DNA of 64,000 nucleotides from NCBI GenBank assembly GCA_030265395.1, contig JARFYF010000002.1, forward strand, positions 81,230,795-81,294,794, read 5' to 3'. The notes under the pieces are model-generated. The model saw nothing but the letters and a program-made list of their open reading frames with translations. It did no database searches and was not told the origin of the DNA. This document shows, in pieces, positions 1-12,329 of this stretch. The translations under genes and the position numbers were made by a program. The DNA is from Rhina ancylostomus (taxonomy: Eukaryota). Each line of letters opens with the position of its first letter. The stretch's first letter is position 1.

Positions 1-99
1 TGCCGGCCAGGTCCCTTCTGATGCCATCAAAATTGGCCTTACTCCAATTTAGAATCTCAGCCTTTTGATTCCTCTTACTGGAATGCATTACTTCAGACT

Positions 100-620
100 T
101 TCCTACATTAAGTTCCATGGTTTACACCCAGTCACTCAAGCTATCCATATCCAAGCACCCTATCTTGCCTTGTCTGTCTTCCCCAAATGCATTATCCCAC
201 ATTTGTATGGATTAAATTCTTAATTACAACCCCTACATTTAAGTTAAATTATTAGAATATGTCACAAAGAGGAAGAGACCTAATACTAGGCCCTGTTGAC
301 CTCCACTGCAAATACCTCCAGTTACTCAAACTCCTGTTGACCACTGTCGTCTCCTACTGAGCCAATGTTTAATCCTATGTGCCACTTTCCCTAGATCCCA
401 TTGGCTTTCACTTTCCTGATCAATTTGCACGTGTGACTTTGTCAAATGCCTTGTTAGAGTTCAAGTAGACTATGATAAATGTACTTTCCTCGAGTTTCCT
501 TGCTTCTTCTTTAAAAAAAAATCACTCAGCTTAGTTAGACATGAATTTCCTTTCCCAAATCCATGCTGACTCTTCTCAATTAACCAGTGTCTCTCAAAAT
601 GTTATTTACAACATCCCTCG
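100..620 (-). mobile_element. CR1-type LINE fragment, RT region, decayed
   Basis: The minus strand reads VYLNSNKAFDKVT near 430-470 (the CR1 'YLDFSKAFDKV' motif), followed by a GVPQG-like relic. Confidence 0.75.
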
Positions 621-822
621 GCTCACCATTGAGATGAGGCTATTATTGCATATTCTATCTATTTTTCCCCTTTAAAAAGCAGTAACATATAAACAATGTG
701 GAGAATATTTTGTATGGGAAACCTACTTAAAATTGATCTATCATTAATTTTAGGTTCAAAAAGCAGACAGACGCGTTTCAAATACAGAGTAGCTTTTAAG
801 GAAAAATAAAACTGAACGTTAC

Positions 823-950
823 CTGAGGAATGACCATGCTGAGAACACAGGTAATGCCAGTCAGGAAGAGCGATGGTGCTAATGTATTTCTTCTTCCCAG
901 TTTGTCCATCACAGCACAAGCAACAATATAGGAAGGGATTTCCACTGCAC
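823..950 (-). CDS. SLC22A16: SLC22A16 coding exon 5 (GAVEIPSYIVACAVMDKLGRRNTLAPSLFLTGITCVLSMVIPQ)
   Basis: Hand-translated. 128 nt, acceptor TGACAG|, donor CAG|GTAACG. Contains 'VEIP' and the second 'DKLGRR' MFS motif; phase 1 to phase 0. Confidence 0.95.
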
Positions 951-2254
951 CTGTCAATGGGATAATGTTTTAAATAGTGCATTAGACACATGAATACAAG
1001 ACAGTTAAAACAGAAGTTACTTAAAATGATGTGCTAAGTTCATTTTAAAAGGCATATTTTCCTCCTTGTTTCCTACCCCCTTCCCTCCCCTGCCCAATCT
1101 TGATTGGTCAGCTCTCCAGGTATATAATACTCTGAGGTAGATTGTTCACTGTGGGAAGTACTCAGGCACCCTACAGAACACTGAGGGAATCATGAGCACA
1201 TACCTATGTTAAGTGGAAGCTTAATTTTAAAACATTGAGTCACATTAATTCATGAAGTAAATATTTTACTGCTAAAGATATACTTGGGTGTTGAGAAGGA
1301 TAAAAAGTAATTTGTTATATGCCAAAAGAAATCATTTTGTGTGTATTTGTGCATTTTTTTAAAAGTTGTGTGAGAGTGGCTAGAAAGTTTATATGCAATT
1401 CTGATGAAGGATATACACTTAAGACATAAGCAACCTTCTTTACAGATGTTGTCTCATATGGTACATATTTCAAGTACTTTGTTAAACACATCTAGATTGC
1501 TTAAATAGGCAAGAGCTTTCTAATCACATCACATTTGAAAGAAATACATGTAATGAAAGAGAATATTGTGTAATGGAAAGTCAATCAATGAACCAACATT
1601 TGCATCATATTTAAAACATTGTTTATTGTCCTATAGAGACCAACTGTTAAAACAACTGAAAGTAAGACATGTGGTAAATGCTAATATAAAATGTATTTGT
1701 AAATCAATCCAGAAAGCCCAACAATCCAATTTAATAAGTGAGCAATATCCTGCTAAATATTTTCAGAACTAAGTTTGAATTACAAACTTGGTAGTTCTTT
1801 ACTAACTTTTTTTTTCAAGATTGTGTTGATTCCATAACTGGAGTTCAGTGACATGTTTATTTTGTGGATTCATTAGCAAATGTCATGGTTCTGAGTACTG
1901 GCCCCTCATTAGCATTCAAACTACTTTTATGAAAATAAACCTTAAAGGGAACATTTCCATCTGGAAGAGAAGTTTCCTCTGGCTGGAACAAAAAGGGAAG
2001 CTTTATACTTACTTTGAGATCAGTACCTGACTTCAGAGTGATTTTCAAAAAGGCCCTGATTATGTACTGTATATGTCTGTTTTTGGATTGGGACGCCAGT
2101 GTTTACTCTTGGCTGGGAAAAGGTGGAAAATGACCTGAAAACTTTAAAAGGGCAAGTGGATTGCTAACATAAGGAGAAAGATCTGCTGAAGAAACAGCAG
2201 ATGTGTTACATTTTCAGAAGTGTGTTTTATCAACAAATTTACACCCCCCCCCCA

Positions 2255-2890
2255 ACTATCAACTTCCTGGGGGTCATCAATGAGCAGAATCTCAACTGGA
2301 CCAACCATATAAATACTGTGTTACTCAATGAGTTACTGAGTCACTCAATGGCTGGGTATTCTACAGTGAGTGACTCTTCTCCTGACTCCCAAAGCCCTTG
2401 CATCAACTACCAGGCATAAAGTCAGGAGCATGAAGAAATTCCCTCCATTTGCCTGGATGAGTGCAGCTATAACAACTCTCAAGAAGCTCAGCACCATCCA
2501 AGACAAAGTAGCTCATTTGACTGGTACCTCATCCACCACTGTAAACATACATTCTCTCCATCACCAACACACAGTGGCTCCAATGTCTACCGTCTACAAC
2601 ATGCACTGCAGTTGCTCATCCAGGCTACTCTGACAGCACCCCACCCCCCAAACATGTTACCTCTACCACCAAGAGGGACAAAGCCAACAGGTGCATAGGA
2701 ACATTACCACCTGCTGGTTATCCGCTTAAAACTTCATTCCAACTGGGAAGAATATCACTGGTCTTTCATCGCTGCTGGGTTTAAATGCTGGAACTCCCTA
2801 CCCAACAACATTATGGGAATTCCGTCTGATTCCGAGGGATTGCAGTGGTTAGGAATTGATTGCAGCAATTAGGGATCCAGGTCATAAAAA
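2255..2890 (+). mobile_element. LINE 3' fragment of a second CR1/L2-group family (RT C-terminus plus tail)
   Basis: NFLGV..QNLNWTNHINTV, KVRSMKKFPPFAWMSAAITTLKKLSTIQDKVAHL and a 'WNSLP' relic, with frameshifts. Confidence 0.8.
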
Positions 2891-3619
2891 TTAATGGATA
2901 AAAGAAAGTCCTCAGAGGGGCTTGGCAGAAGAGGTTCACGAAAGGAGTATTTCTCAGAAATATGCACAGCTTGTTTGGGTTGCTGTTGGGGTGCATGTAA
3001 TGTCCGGTATCCAGATGACTTCAAAATGAATATAGAACCTTCAGCAAGCATGTTGAAGTAAGGCGAGGCAACCCTGCTGTATATCCAGTAGATGGGGAAA
3101 ATAATTCAGGCTGCTGAAGCAGGGGTGAGTGTGTGGGAAAGGTTCACGGCTTGTCCAGCCATTGAGGTCAGCCAACGTGGCTTCATTGTACTGCCTTCTA
3201 TTTTATCCAGCAACATCTGACATCTCTCTTCCACCCCCAGGATTGGCTGAAACATTTTCCGACTCTATATTTACTAAGTATATTCGTTCTGACCTCAACT
3301 TCCCTTCTGGATGTTGGCCAAATCTTGAGTTCAACCTCAGTAGTCAGCCAAACTCAAGTCTCTTGCTTGCAGATTCCTTTCATCGGTTTCTCCTTGACTA
3401 AAGCTGTCTGTCCAATTCTTAGCGAGCTCTATCCAAGCTACACAGCCATCTTACAGCAGAGCACACCTTTTGCCACTTGAGACTGTCGTTGTTGTGGCAT
3501 GGCCCATCATAAATGTTACCCCTGCAAGCAAGATTTGCAGGTGACCAACACTCTGAATGTTTGTTTATTCAATGTGATAAGAGGATTACCACATCAAACC
3601 AACTCCAGCATGCCCCTCT

Positions 3620-3795
3620 GTGTCAGATAGGCTGAGTGATCGCACTCTCACCAACGAGTCAGAATGTTGTAGATTCAAGCCCACTCCAAGACAAACCAGG
3701 TTGACGCACATGAATAGCAGTGAAAGCCATGAACTATTAAAAGTGTTATCTTTCAGATGAGATAATGAGCTGATAAGTATTCAGGTGAATGCAAT
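3620..3795 (+). mobile_element. tRNA-derived SINE head (DeuSINE/SacSINE1-like), decayed
   Basis: A-box/B-box-like 'ggctgagtgatcgcactctc...gagtcagaatgttgtagattcaagcccactcca'. Similar to the copy at 36755. Confidence 0.6.
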
Positions 3796-4214
3796 ATTGG
3801 CTAAGGGAGAGAAAGCAGAGATAGTAAGTTCTTTTTCAGAAGTGAGTAGTGGAGATTTCCCCTTCTGCACCACCCACCACCAGACCCACCTGCTCCCACC
3901 TGGGAACACCCGTAGGACTTTGCACCTTTGTGATACTTATAGGGTTTAATTTCAAAGTCTGCAGGTGACATAAATTCAGAAATTTAACAGATTTACCAGT
4001 TAGGATGAAAGTAGCAGAGTTCAGGATCAGCTCATTAGCAAAATGATGGGAGGTGATGTGAACATTACTACCAAGCAGCAGTTGTTCTCCTTTATTTTAT
4101 TTGGATTTTCCAGGACTGTTCAGCTCCAGATCTCACTTATTCCAGAAGAGTTGAATCCCAAGTGTGGAGGCAGTGATTACCTTTGGCATAACTTTCAATC
4201 AAGGTTAGCATCAG

Positions 4215-4495
4215 GGAACCGGAGTAAAATTGAAGTCAAAAGAAACCTGGGGGCAAACTCTTCACTAGCACAAAGCAAGACGGCCATGGATGTTGAAAGT
4301 TGACCAAATTGGCCCCAGTATTTTGCTGCAGGAATTGTTTGGTGAAGTATCTTATTTCTGCTGGGTCAAAGGTTCAGGAACACTCTGCAGAAGTAGCATT
4401 TCACACACAGTCTAGACTGGTTCAATGCAGTGGCTCACCCATACCAACTCAATGGCAATTATGATGGGTAATAAATGGTGGCTTAACCATCAATA
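4215..4495 (+). mobile_element. LINE fragment plus 3' tail, same family as 2255-2890
   Basis: Similar to 39590-39720; ends in the 'ggcaattatgatgggtaataaatg' tail. Confidence 0.55.
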
Positions 4496-6186
4496 TGATT
4501 TCTCATGGAAGAATAACATAATGCAAGTCAAATATTATGCACTGGTGGTTTCAGTTTCATTCTAAGTCTCTGCTTGCACTGCAGAGTTTTTAAATTTGCG
4601 AGTATGAGCTCAGATCTATTGATAGATATGACTGTTTTTGTACCACGTGTCCCAGCATAATAAGATTCCTTATACATTGGAAGATTGAGGAAAACGTGGG
4701 GGAGGCCAAGTATCTTTTCAGATTCCCTGTACTGTTGGAAGTATTTGAAATGTAACATTGGAAGTGCAGTTACATATGTTCTATTCTTAGCCAGTTTGGA
4801 ATATAATTTGACCAATCACTGGCAGATGGTGGGTAATAGTCAAGTAGCAAGTTGCTGATGCACCAGGACACGTGGAGATAAACTATCAAACTGAGTAAGC
4901 TCCAAATGTCCAATGCTTTATTAGCAATAAGACTGATGGCAGTTTAAGTGAAGTTAAACATTTGTGACACCCTATCACCTCTGACAGGCTCAGGCTGTCA
5001 GCGGGATCTTATCAGTTTCTCAGGCTGACAAAAATGAAGGTGGCTTGCAGCATCTCCCTTCCATTTTAAAACACATTACCCTTCAGGGCTACACAGTCAA
5101 AATGGGAAGAAAACCAAGCTTAAAAATTGTCAAGGAACCTCGGTTATAAAAGGCATTTGTTGTTATGAATGTCTTGAAAATTGGTTGCTAGATTTTTCAA
5201 AAAAAAAGTACCTGCTGAAATGAGTACTCTTAATTATTGGTGTTGTCCATCTTTCTTTACTTATGCCTTAAATGAGGTAGCTAAACAACTGGCAAATTCC
5301 CAAATCCATCCTCAAATGAAATTATTGTTTATATTAAAAGGTAAGTGTGATCAGTTAATATCTTGCTTAAATAAAAAATAAGTTGGCAGTTCTTAATTAT
5401 AGCCAGTTTAGTCACATAATTAAAAAAGGTTTTACTTTCAAAACAGATACCAAAATTATAGCTTAAGGGTTGTTTAAGTTTGCAAACAGGAGGTTTCTAG
5501 TGATGCAAAAATTTGTAAAAAGTTAAAAACCTAACACCCAGAAAGCTTTTGATAATGATGCATATCAAGTAGAGAACAATATAACCAAATGGCAGCTGAT
5601 GGGTCAAGCCAGTTTCCCAAGAAATGTCCACGTAGCCCAGATGGAGTCCCACACAGTGGTTTTGAATTCTAATCCTTTTCTTACTAGATAACACTTGGGT
5701 GAGTTTTTGCAGCTGTAATGAACTATTAGATGGTCCACTTCTTTGTAATGAAGTAATTGATCACAGCAATCATAATGCCATGTCATATTAGCCAATTAAA
5801 ACCACTTTCAGCAAATTCCAGAGAATTGACTAGACATCTTCATACTATGCTGATGTTCCAACTCTGCACCATTGCATAGTAAAAAAAAACTATGGATTTA
5901 CAGTGGAATACATCCACAGAAACCCACATTGACAGGCTGGTACTCTCCTAGGTGATGTGGGGAATATGTACTTCTTTCCCATAACAACTTCAGGACTGCT
6001 TGGCCATGCAAGTTTACAATTCCTGGTTCTTTAGTGAGTCTAATGTATGACAGAGATACTTTGTAATTTGAACCAAGGAAATCTGTCAGCACCAACCTCA
6101 CTTCCTTAATATTAGACTAATATTGGGCTAATAAGAAACCTAAATTACCTGGAGAATTGAGAAGAACATGGGAAATATAGTTGGGA

Positions 6187-6478
6187 GAGTCATACAGCAT
6201 GGAAATAGGCCCTTCAGCCCAACTGGTCCATTCTGAACAAGATGTCCATCTACTCGTCCCATTTGCCTGTGTTTGGCCCATATCCTTCTAAACCTTTCCT
6301 ATCCATGTACCTGTCCAAATGTCTTTTAAATGTTGTTATTGTACCTGCTTCAACAGCTTTCTCTGGCAGCACCACCTCAATGTGAAGAAGTTGCCCCTCA
6401 GGTTCCTTTTAAATCTTTCCCCTTTCACCTTATACCTATGCCCTCTAGTTCTTGGTTCCCATTCTCTGGGAAAAAGGT
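6187..6478 (-). mobile_element. CR1/HER1-type LINE 3' end
   Basis: RTRGHRYKVKGERFKRNLRGNFFT and the 'gggctgaagggcctatttccatgctgtatgactct' tail. Confidence 0.9.
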
Positions 6479-7739
6479 AAAGTGGCAAAATTAAAAATAA
6501 AATCCTGCATGCTGCCTGCAACTGAACAGATTCATAGTTCTATCTTTTCCATTCTAGAAGATTTTGCTTGCTAAAAACGGCCCAGTTTACAAAAAAGAAT
6601 TTAGCTTTACCGCAGCAGATGGTCTTAGGTGCCAAGTATGACTCTATATTGCCAACAGCAATGGAACGGAGTGAGATCAGCAGTGTTTTTACAGGATAGT
6701 TTTATAATCATGCTTTGTGTAGGGAAGATGTAAGGAAATTTATCCAATTCACTCTATGAATCATGGTACCATTCACTGAATTTCCTGAGTTATTGGGTCT
6801 TTCCTAAGCTTTCATAAGCTTTCCTAACAGTAAGCGTAATGAATCTGAAGAGTATCTATCATTGTATCCTGTGTTGTTCATCCTTGACTAATTGTGTTCC
6901 TTATGGTGTTTCCAAATCAGAATCTCAATCTGGACAACATGAATTACAGATACCATTCACTTCTTCACACATTCTTGAACTATATTCTGGTTATTTTATG
7001 AAATTTATCAGATTCCATTCAACATAGCTTAAAACCATTTAGCTTTAGTTAAGATAAACACTGAAAGACACTGACCGCCTGCCATAAAGGGAATAATCAA
7101 ACCCATTGAAGCAGTCAGTTTAGGGACTTTGGGTGTCTGGAATAATCTAAAGAGATTAAAAATTCTGTCTTCTGAGAAAACATTGGCTTGAACTTTTTCT
7201 GCTGGTTTTCTGGCATTAAGATGGCTCTAGCAACCTCCATATCTCGTTTTGAGAAGTTCTAAAAGATTCATTAGCACCTATTCAATGTGGTGTGATGCAA
7301 TATCCTTGTGCGGCACCCTTTTGTTTCAGGAGTAGCTGCCATTACTGGCTGATTTTCATGCACTACTAGCACATGTTCTCATAGTTCTAGCTTCAGAAAC
7401 AACCTTTATATAGCCATGCTATAATACAGGCAGCATTCTTTCTGCTGCTGGGGAATGTTGACAAAGAATGGAAATGTGCTCCAATAACAGGGTGGTAAGA
7501 ATCTTGATGGGGAGGTGGGGAGCAGCTGAAACTGCAAGCAGGAGATTTCCTTCCTACCCTTCACCCTCATGGGAAGTTACCTGGACTCTAACTATTCCAT
7601 TGTTCTATTACAGTTTTGCTCACCAATATTTGTTTCCACTTTTCTCAATGCCAGATCTGTTCTCATCCAATTGACCAATTTTTATATTAGACTGGTCCAC
7701 GTCTTTTTTCCAGTGCTACTTTTGATCTGATGAGAATGT

Positions 7740-8460
7740 AATTACCATTTCCTAGGTGTTCCCTCTCTGATACTTGCACCATTTGACCTGGCACATTTCC
7801 CAGAAACCAACGTCAGCAACGCCGCCTCCTCTGCTATTGGACCTGAAACATATTGATCAAGAGAGTTCTTCTGAACCAAAACTCTCCTCTCTCTTTACCA
7901 GCTTATGTTATTACTACCCAAATCTACATTGGATAGTTGAAGTGCCCCTTTATCATTACACTACTTTGTGTCTTATAGTCGGTAGAAATTCTTTAGGATA
8001 TCAGTTAGCAAGTCCCTTGCCACAGGATAGCCAATATTTTTGTCTTCACAAGGAGAGAGAGTGCAGAGATCTTTCCTACTAACGTTGTCAAAGATAGATG
8101 CAGCTCTAACAGATAGATTTGTGAGGACAAAATCAAGTAGGTTGCGTTGGAGCACNNNNNNNNNNGGATTTAGCTAGCTCATTTGGTAGTGGGTCTAGAG
8201 GCCAGTTTGCTGATGTACATTGAAGTCCCCATCCATAATATATTTAGTGTAGTTGGTACTTTCAGTGCTTCTTCCAAGTGCACTGGAAGTGCTAACACTG
8301 GAAGTGCACCAAGTGCTAACATTTTTCAGCTGAGTGAGGACAACAGATAGTAATCAGGTTGAGGTTTCCTTGCCCATGTTTGACCTGACACCATGTGATT
8401 TCATGAGTCTAGAGTCAATGTTAGTTCAAGCCTTTAGGTAACATAACCAATGTGCCACCA
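7740..8460 (-). mobile_element. LINE endonuclease-region fragment, decayed, spanning a small gap
   Basis: NLLDFVLTNLSVRAASIFDNVSRKD resembles the APE endonuclease C-terminal 'LDLVLTN...SDH' motif. Confidence 0.65.
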
Positions 8461-8479
8461 CAATAATATCTCTAAAGTA

Positions 8480-8645
8480 TAGCAGGGAACCAGTTGGGTA
8501 TTTACAATAACCTAGCTGTATCACGGCCACCATTACTGACTGAATTTAATTTAATTGAATTTAAATATCCCAGCTATCCTGGTGGGATTGAAAAAATGTT
8601 TCAGGAACAATAGTCCAGGCCTCTGGATATTAAGCCAGTAACTAA
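8480..8645 (-). mobile_element. tRNA-type SINE 5' part (family also at 14985 and 58340)
   Basis: The reverse complement matches the 'aatccagaggcctggact...tcaatcccacca..gatagctgg..atttaaattcaatta' block in the other copies. Confidence 0.65.
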
Positions 8646-8764
8646 ATACCAGTAATTAAGTCAGTCACCACCACCTTCTCAAGGGCTACTATGGTTGGAC
8701 AATAAATGCAGGAATTGCCAGTGATGTTCAGATCTAGAAAAAAATAATAAATAAAAGCCTCTGA

Positions 8765-9088
8765 TGACTTTTCCACCTAGGATGGAAATGTCAAATTCTA
8801 GAGGGCATAGTTTTAAGGTGAGAGATGGAAAGTTTAAAGATTTACGAGGCAAGCTTTTTTTTTACACAGAAGATAGTAGGTGCCGGGAATGCACTGTCAG
8901 GGAAAGTGATGGAAGCAGATACAACAGCAGTGTTTAAAAGGCATTTAGACAGGCACATGAACAGGCAGGGAATGGAGAGATATAGACCATGTACAGGCAG
9001 ATGGGGTTAGTTTGGATTGGCATCATGGTTGCCACAGACATTGTTGGCCAAAGGGCCTGTTCTTGTGCTGTACAGTTTTATGTTCTAA
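8765..9088 (+). mobile_element. CR1/HER1-type LINE 3' end
   Basis: SRGHSFKVR, FFTQKIV, FKRHLDRHM and the 'gggcctgttcttgtgctgtacagttttatgttct' tail. Confidence 0.9.
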
Positions 9089-9180
9089 TTATTGTACAGA
9101 ATAACACAAATGTCACTTAGCATCATCATTTCTTGTAGTAGTTTTATGGTTTTACAGTTTCTGATGAGTCTTCCTGCATT

Positions 9181-9269
9181 CCTGAATCACAAATGGAGAA
9201 CTCCATCACATTATAGAACATGCCCAAAATATTCTATAATGTAATGGAGTTCTCCATTTGTGAGTCAAG
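9181..9269 (-). repeat. 89-nt inverted repeat (40-nt arms, 9-nt loop), pre-miRNA-like
   Basis: Arms 9181-9220 and 9230-9269 are reverse complements at 36 of 40 positions. Confidence 0.9.
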
Positions 9270-10203
9270 CCAAAAACTTCCGAAATCCAATGACTGTTAA
9301 GAACATCACTTGCGAATCAGATTCTCTTCCAGCATATCAAATTTGATACCTCTCTTGTAAAAAAAATGCATTAAATCAACTAGCTTTCCAATTACCCATC
9401 TACAGTCTCCCAAAAAAAAGCACAAAAAATAAAGAACTCAAGATGTTGTATCACAGTAAGAATTTTTGTTGATCGGGATAGAGATTTATGCAGAATATTC
9501 AAGGCCAATCAGTCAAGTGACTAAAAACCGAATTAAAATCCACTCCTACAATGCTCTTGAATGGTATAGTTTCTGATTCAGTAGGATGCTATGCAGCACT
9601 GCTTAATCAAGTGTGCATATTTTCTAGATTAGGTTTTGCGTTATGTTTTTGCCCCATGAAGGTCATATTTACCACGAATCCCCTCCATAGTATTTGCTCC
9701 GACTACCAAATCTTAGGAACTTCTCACTTTAGACTCAGTTTTGTTAAAATACTAATCATCAAATGTATTCGCTAGCATTAGCAAATGAAATTAGATCCAT
9801 TGGACCATTTGAAGTGTTTTGCCCCATAAGTTTTAATTACAATCTTATGTTCACTTATTATGTCACCCATACAGTTAACCACTGCAGAGAGAACACCGTT
9901 GAAGAAAATGTCAAGCACCCGAATCGCCTAGGCAAAGGAGGCTACATGCTGGAAGATGGAATTAATATTTGTGGGTCCCCACCGGTTGATACAGACGTAC
10001 TGGGCTGAATGGCCTATTTCTGTACTGTATGATTCAATTACTAAAATTTAACATTAGATGCAAAACAAAAACAAGTGTTCTTTGCTGGATGAACATGATG
10101 GTTTTGTATATTTGTGGGCCACTAAAATAATAATGCTGCTTACTTCAGTTACATTCAAATGCCAGGTAATCCCACCTGTGTTTCAATGCAAATGTGCTCT
10201 TAC

Positions 10204-10756
10204 CTGCTAGAAAGAGGTTCAGGTATTCGTTTCCACCCAGATTGACAGAGCCCAAAGAGCTAACATAATAGCCCAGACTCCCTGTAAACCACACTAGCCA
10301 AACGGTTATGGTCCTCTTAACCAAATCACAGGTACGGAAAAGATCCAAGATGCTCATTTTCTTTTCCTTGGTCATGTGTTGATTGTTTGTAATTTCTTTG
10401 TCAGCTGAATCCTCAGGACTATTCATCTGCATCACAGAGAGGTGACAAGGGATCTTAACTCTGTTCCACTGGGCAATTCTGTCAAGCAGCTTCTGGACAT
10501 CTTCAATTCGTCCTTTAGCCAGAAGCCACCAAGGTGTCTCAGGTAGCAGCCAGCAGAAAAAGATGAAAGGAATGGTCACAAGTGACAGTATAAGTTGGTA
10601 GAGCCTCCAAGTCCGCACCAGGAATCCAACCAAGGCAACTACCATAATGCCAACAGCAAAGTAAGCATGAACGTGCATGGAGGCCCAACTGCGGGCCTTC
10701 AATCCAGTATACTCTGTCACATAGACAAATACTACCACGAGGTAGCCACTGGCAAC
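10204..10756 (-). CDS. SLC22A16: SLC22A16 coding exon 4 (VASGYLVVVFVYVTEY...LPETPWWLL...SVNLGGNEYLNLFLA[G])
   Basis: 553 nt inside ORF 10145-10819. Acceptor AAACAG|, donor CAG|GTAAGA. Contains the 'LPETPxWL' and 'NLGGNEYLNLF' motifs; phase 0 to phase 1. Confidence 0.95.
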
Positions 10757-11607
10757 CTGTTTCAAATACAAAAATAAACATGTAACATTTGTATCTAATT
10801 CCATAAAGTTCTTCATCATTAAAACTTTTAAGCCACCCTCTTCACTTTAGATCTTCTTTCTCCTGTAGAACACAGTACCCATACTGTAAAGGTTGGGTAG
10901 ATAACCCGATTTTTGGCCTCTGACGTTCCATTGTCAGAGATGAACAAGAACCCTGATATTTTGTTATTTCTATGTCTTAGTTAACATACAGTTTAGCTGA
11001 GATTAAGGTTTGCCATGTAGCAACATGTTATTATCCCCTATTTTCTTAGGTTTTAAATATACTTAATTGGATCTAAACACCTTATTCCCACCCCCTCAAT
11101 CAGATGTGATGAGTAACCCATAACAGCAGCAGTAATGAAGCTCTAATACAATGGCATCTGTGAAGACTGCCATTCTTTTCCATCACAAAGCTCATACTAA
11201 GAATTAGCAAGAAAATGGCAGTTGATACTTGCATACCAGGCAACTGAAGCAACAAAGGATAACTTGCATTCATAAAAAAAGTCAATAACTTGCAATTTTA
11301 TTTTACTACTGACATATTAAAGGCATTCTCAGCCAAAACTTGGTTTTCTTACGAGTACTAAAGACCCATCAAAACAAAAAGAAGGGTAAGAATTTTAGAT
11401 GAACGGGGGAAATTTAACATAATCTACAGGCACAAAGCAAATTGATGTTTCATGCTGACTGATTCTACTTCTTATTCTAGTCACTGGACTATAAAATAAT
11501 AGTGTGGAACTCAACTTGAACCTGTTTGTTTCCTATCCAGAGGGTTTGATCAAACTTACTCTTTAAGTTGAGGAACTCACGTATTCAGAGCAACTACAAG
11601 TAACTTG

Positions 11608-11757
11608 TTTCTCTCTTCTCATCTCTGCAACTGAATCCAACATGTTTTTTTGTCTTTCCCAGTTCTGACAAACAACTTTGGATCTGAGACATTAACTCTA
11701 TTTCTCTCCCCATAGATGGTGCTAGATCAGCTGAATGTTTTCAGCACTTTCTGTCTT
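11608..11757 (+). mobile_element. Penelope-like terminal repeat fragment (degenerate hammerhead core)
   Basis: Aligns by eye with 45680-45810 (cccagttctga...tgagacattaactctatttctctc...cagctgaatgttttcagca). Confidence 0.6.
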
Positions 11758-12329
11758 CAACTCATGTCTTGGCTACACAATGCAGTTTTTGTGAAATAAA
11801 CCCAGGATTGTATTATCAATGAGGCCCTCAACAGAAATCTTCATCAGTTATTTGCAACAATAAAAATATGTGAATCAGCAGACAATTTTGCTCTTACAAA
11901 TTAAGTTGCTATTTGAATATTATGTACATTTATTTATTTTGGAACAGGGTATACAGTGCTGAAGCATTAGTGATTGTCCAAGTTGCAGGTTTCAACCATT
12001 GATCGCCAGAGCAAATACTTATTTCAGCCATGCCATAATGAGAGGCTCCAAACAGATGTCAGGTAACTTGAACAGGACAAGTGGGATGGCTACAGGGGGG
12101 AATCAAAGCTTATAACTATGGTCTACCTAGCTGTTTTCAAAACATTCAGATCAAATCACCTGACTGCTTCAGCAGCTTAGAAATAGTCATTTGACATTTT
12201 AAAATATATTCTTGCTTTTGTGCTCTTCTTGAGGCTCATTCCACCCTTTCTTCGGAAAATTTGCACAAAGTCAGGTTTCCGTAAATCAGGTTATTTGTAA
12301 CCTGGGGAGCCTCTGTATTCAATACTCAA

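Noticed and set aside
3620-3690. tRNA gene
   Set aside because: It is a decayed SINE head with no intact cloverleaf; the same applies at 36755.
8275-8320. Short repeated units (cactggaagtgc / aagtgctaac), superficially array-like
   Set aside because: This is local slippage within a LINE relic next to a gap. It has no spacer structure and is not CRISPR-like.
10145-10819. 224-aa ORF as a stand-alone gene
   Set aside because: It is SLC22A16 exon 4 plus intronic read-through; the same applies to ORF 19190-19678 (exon 2).
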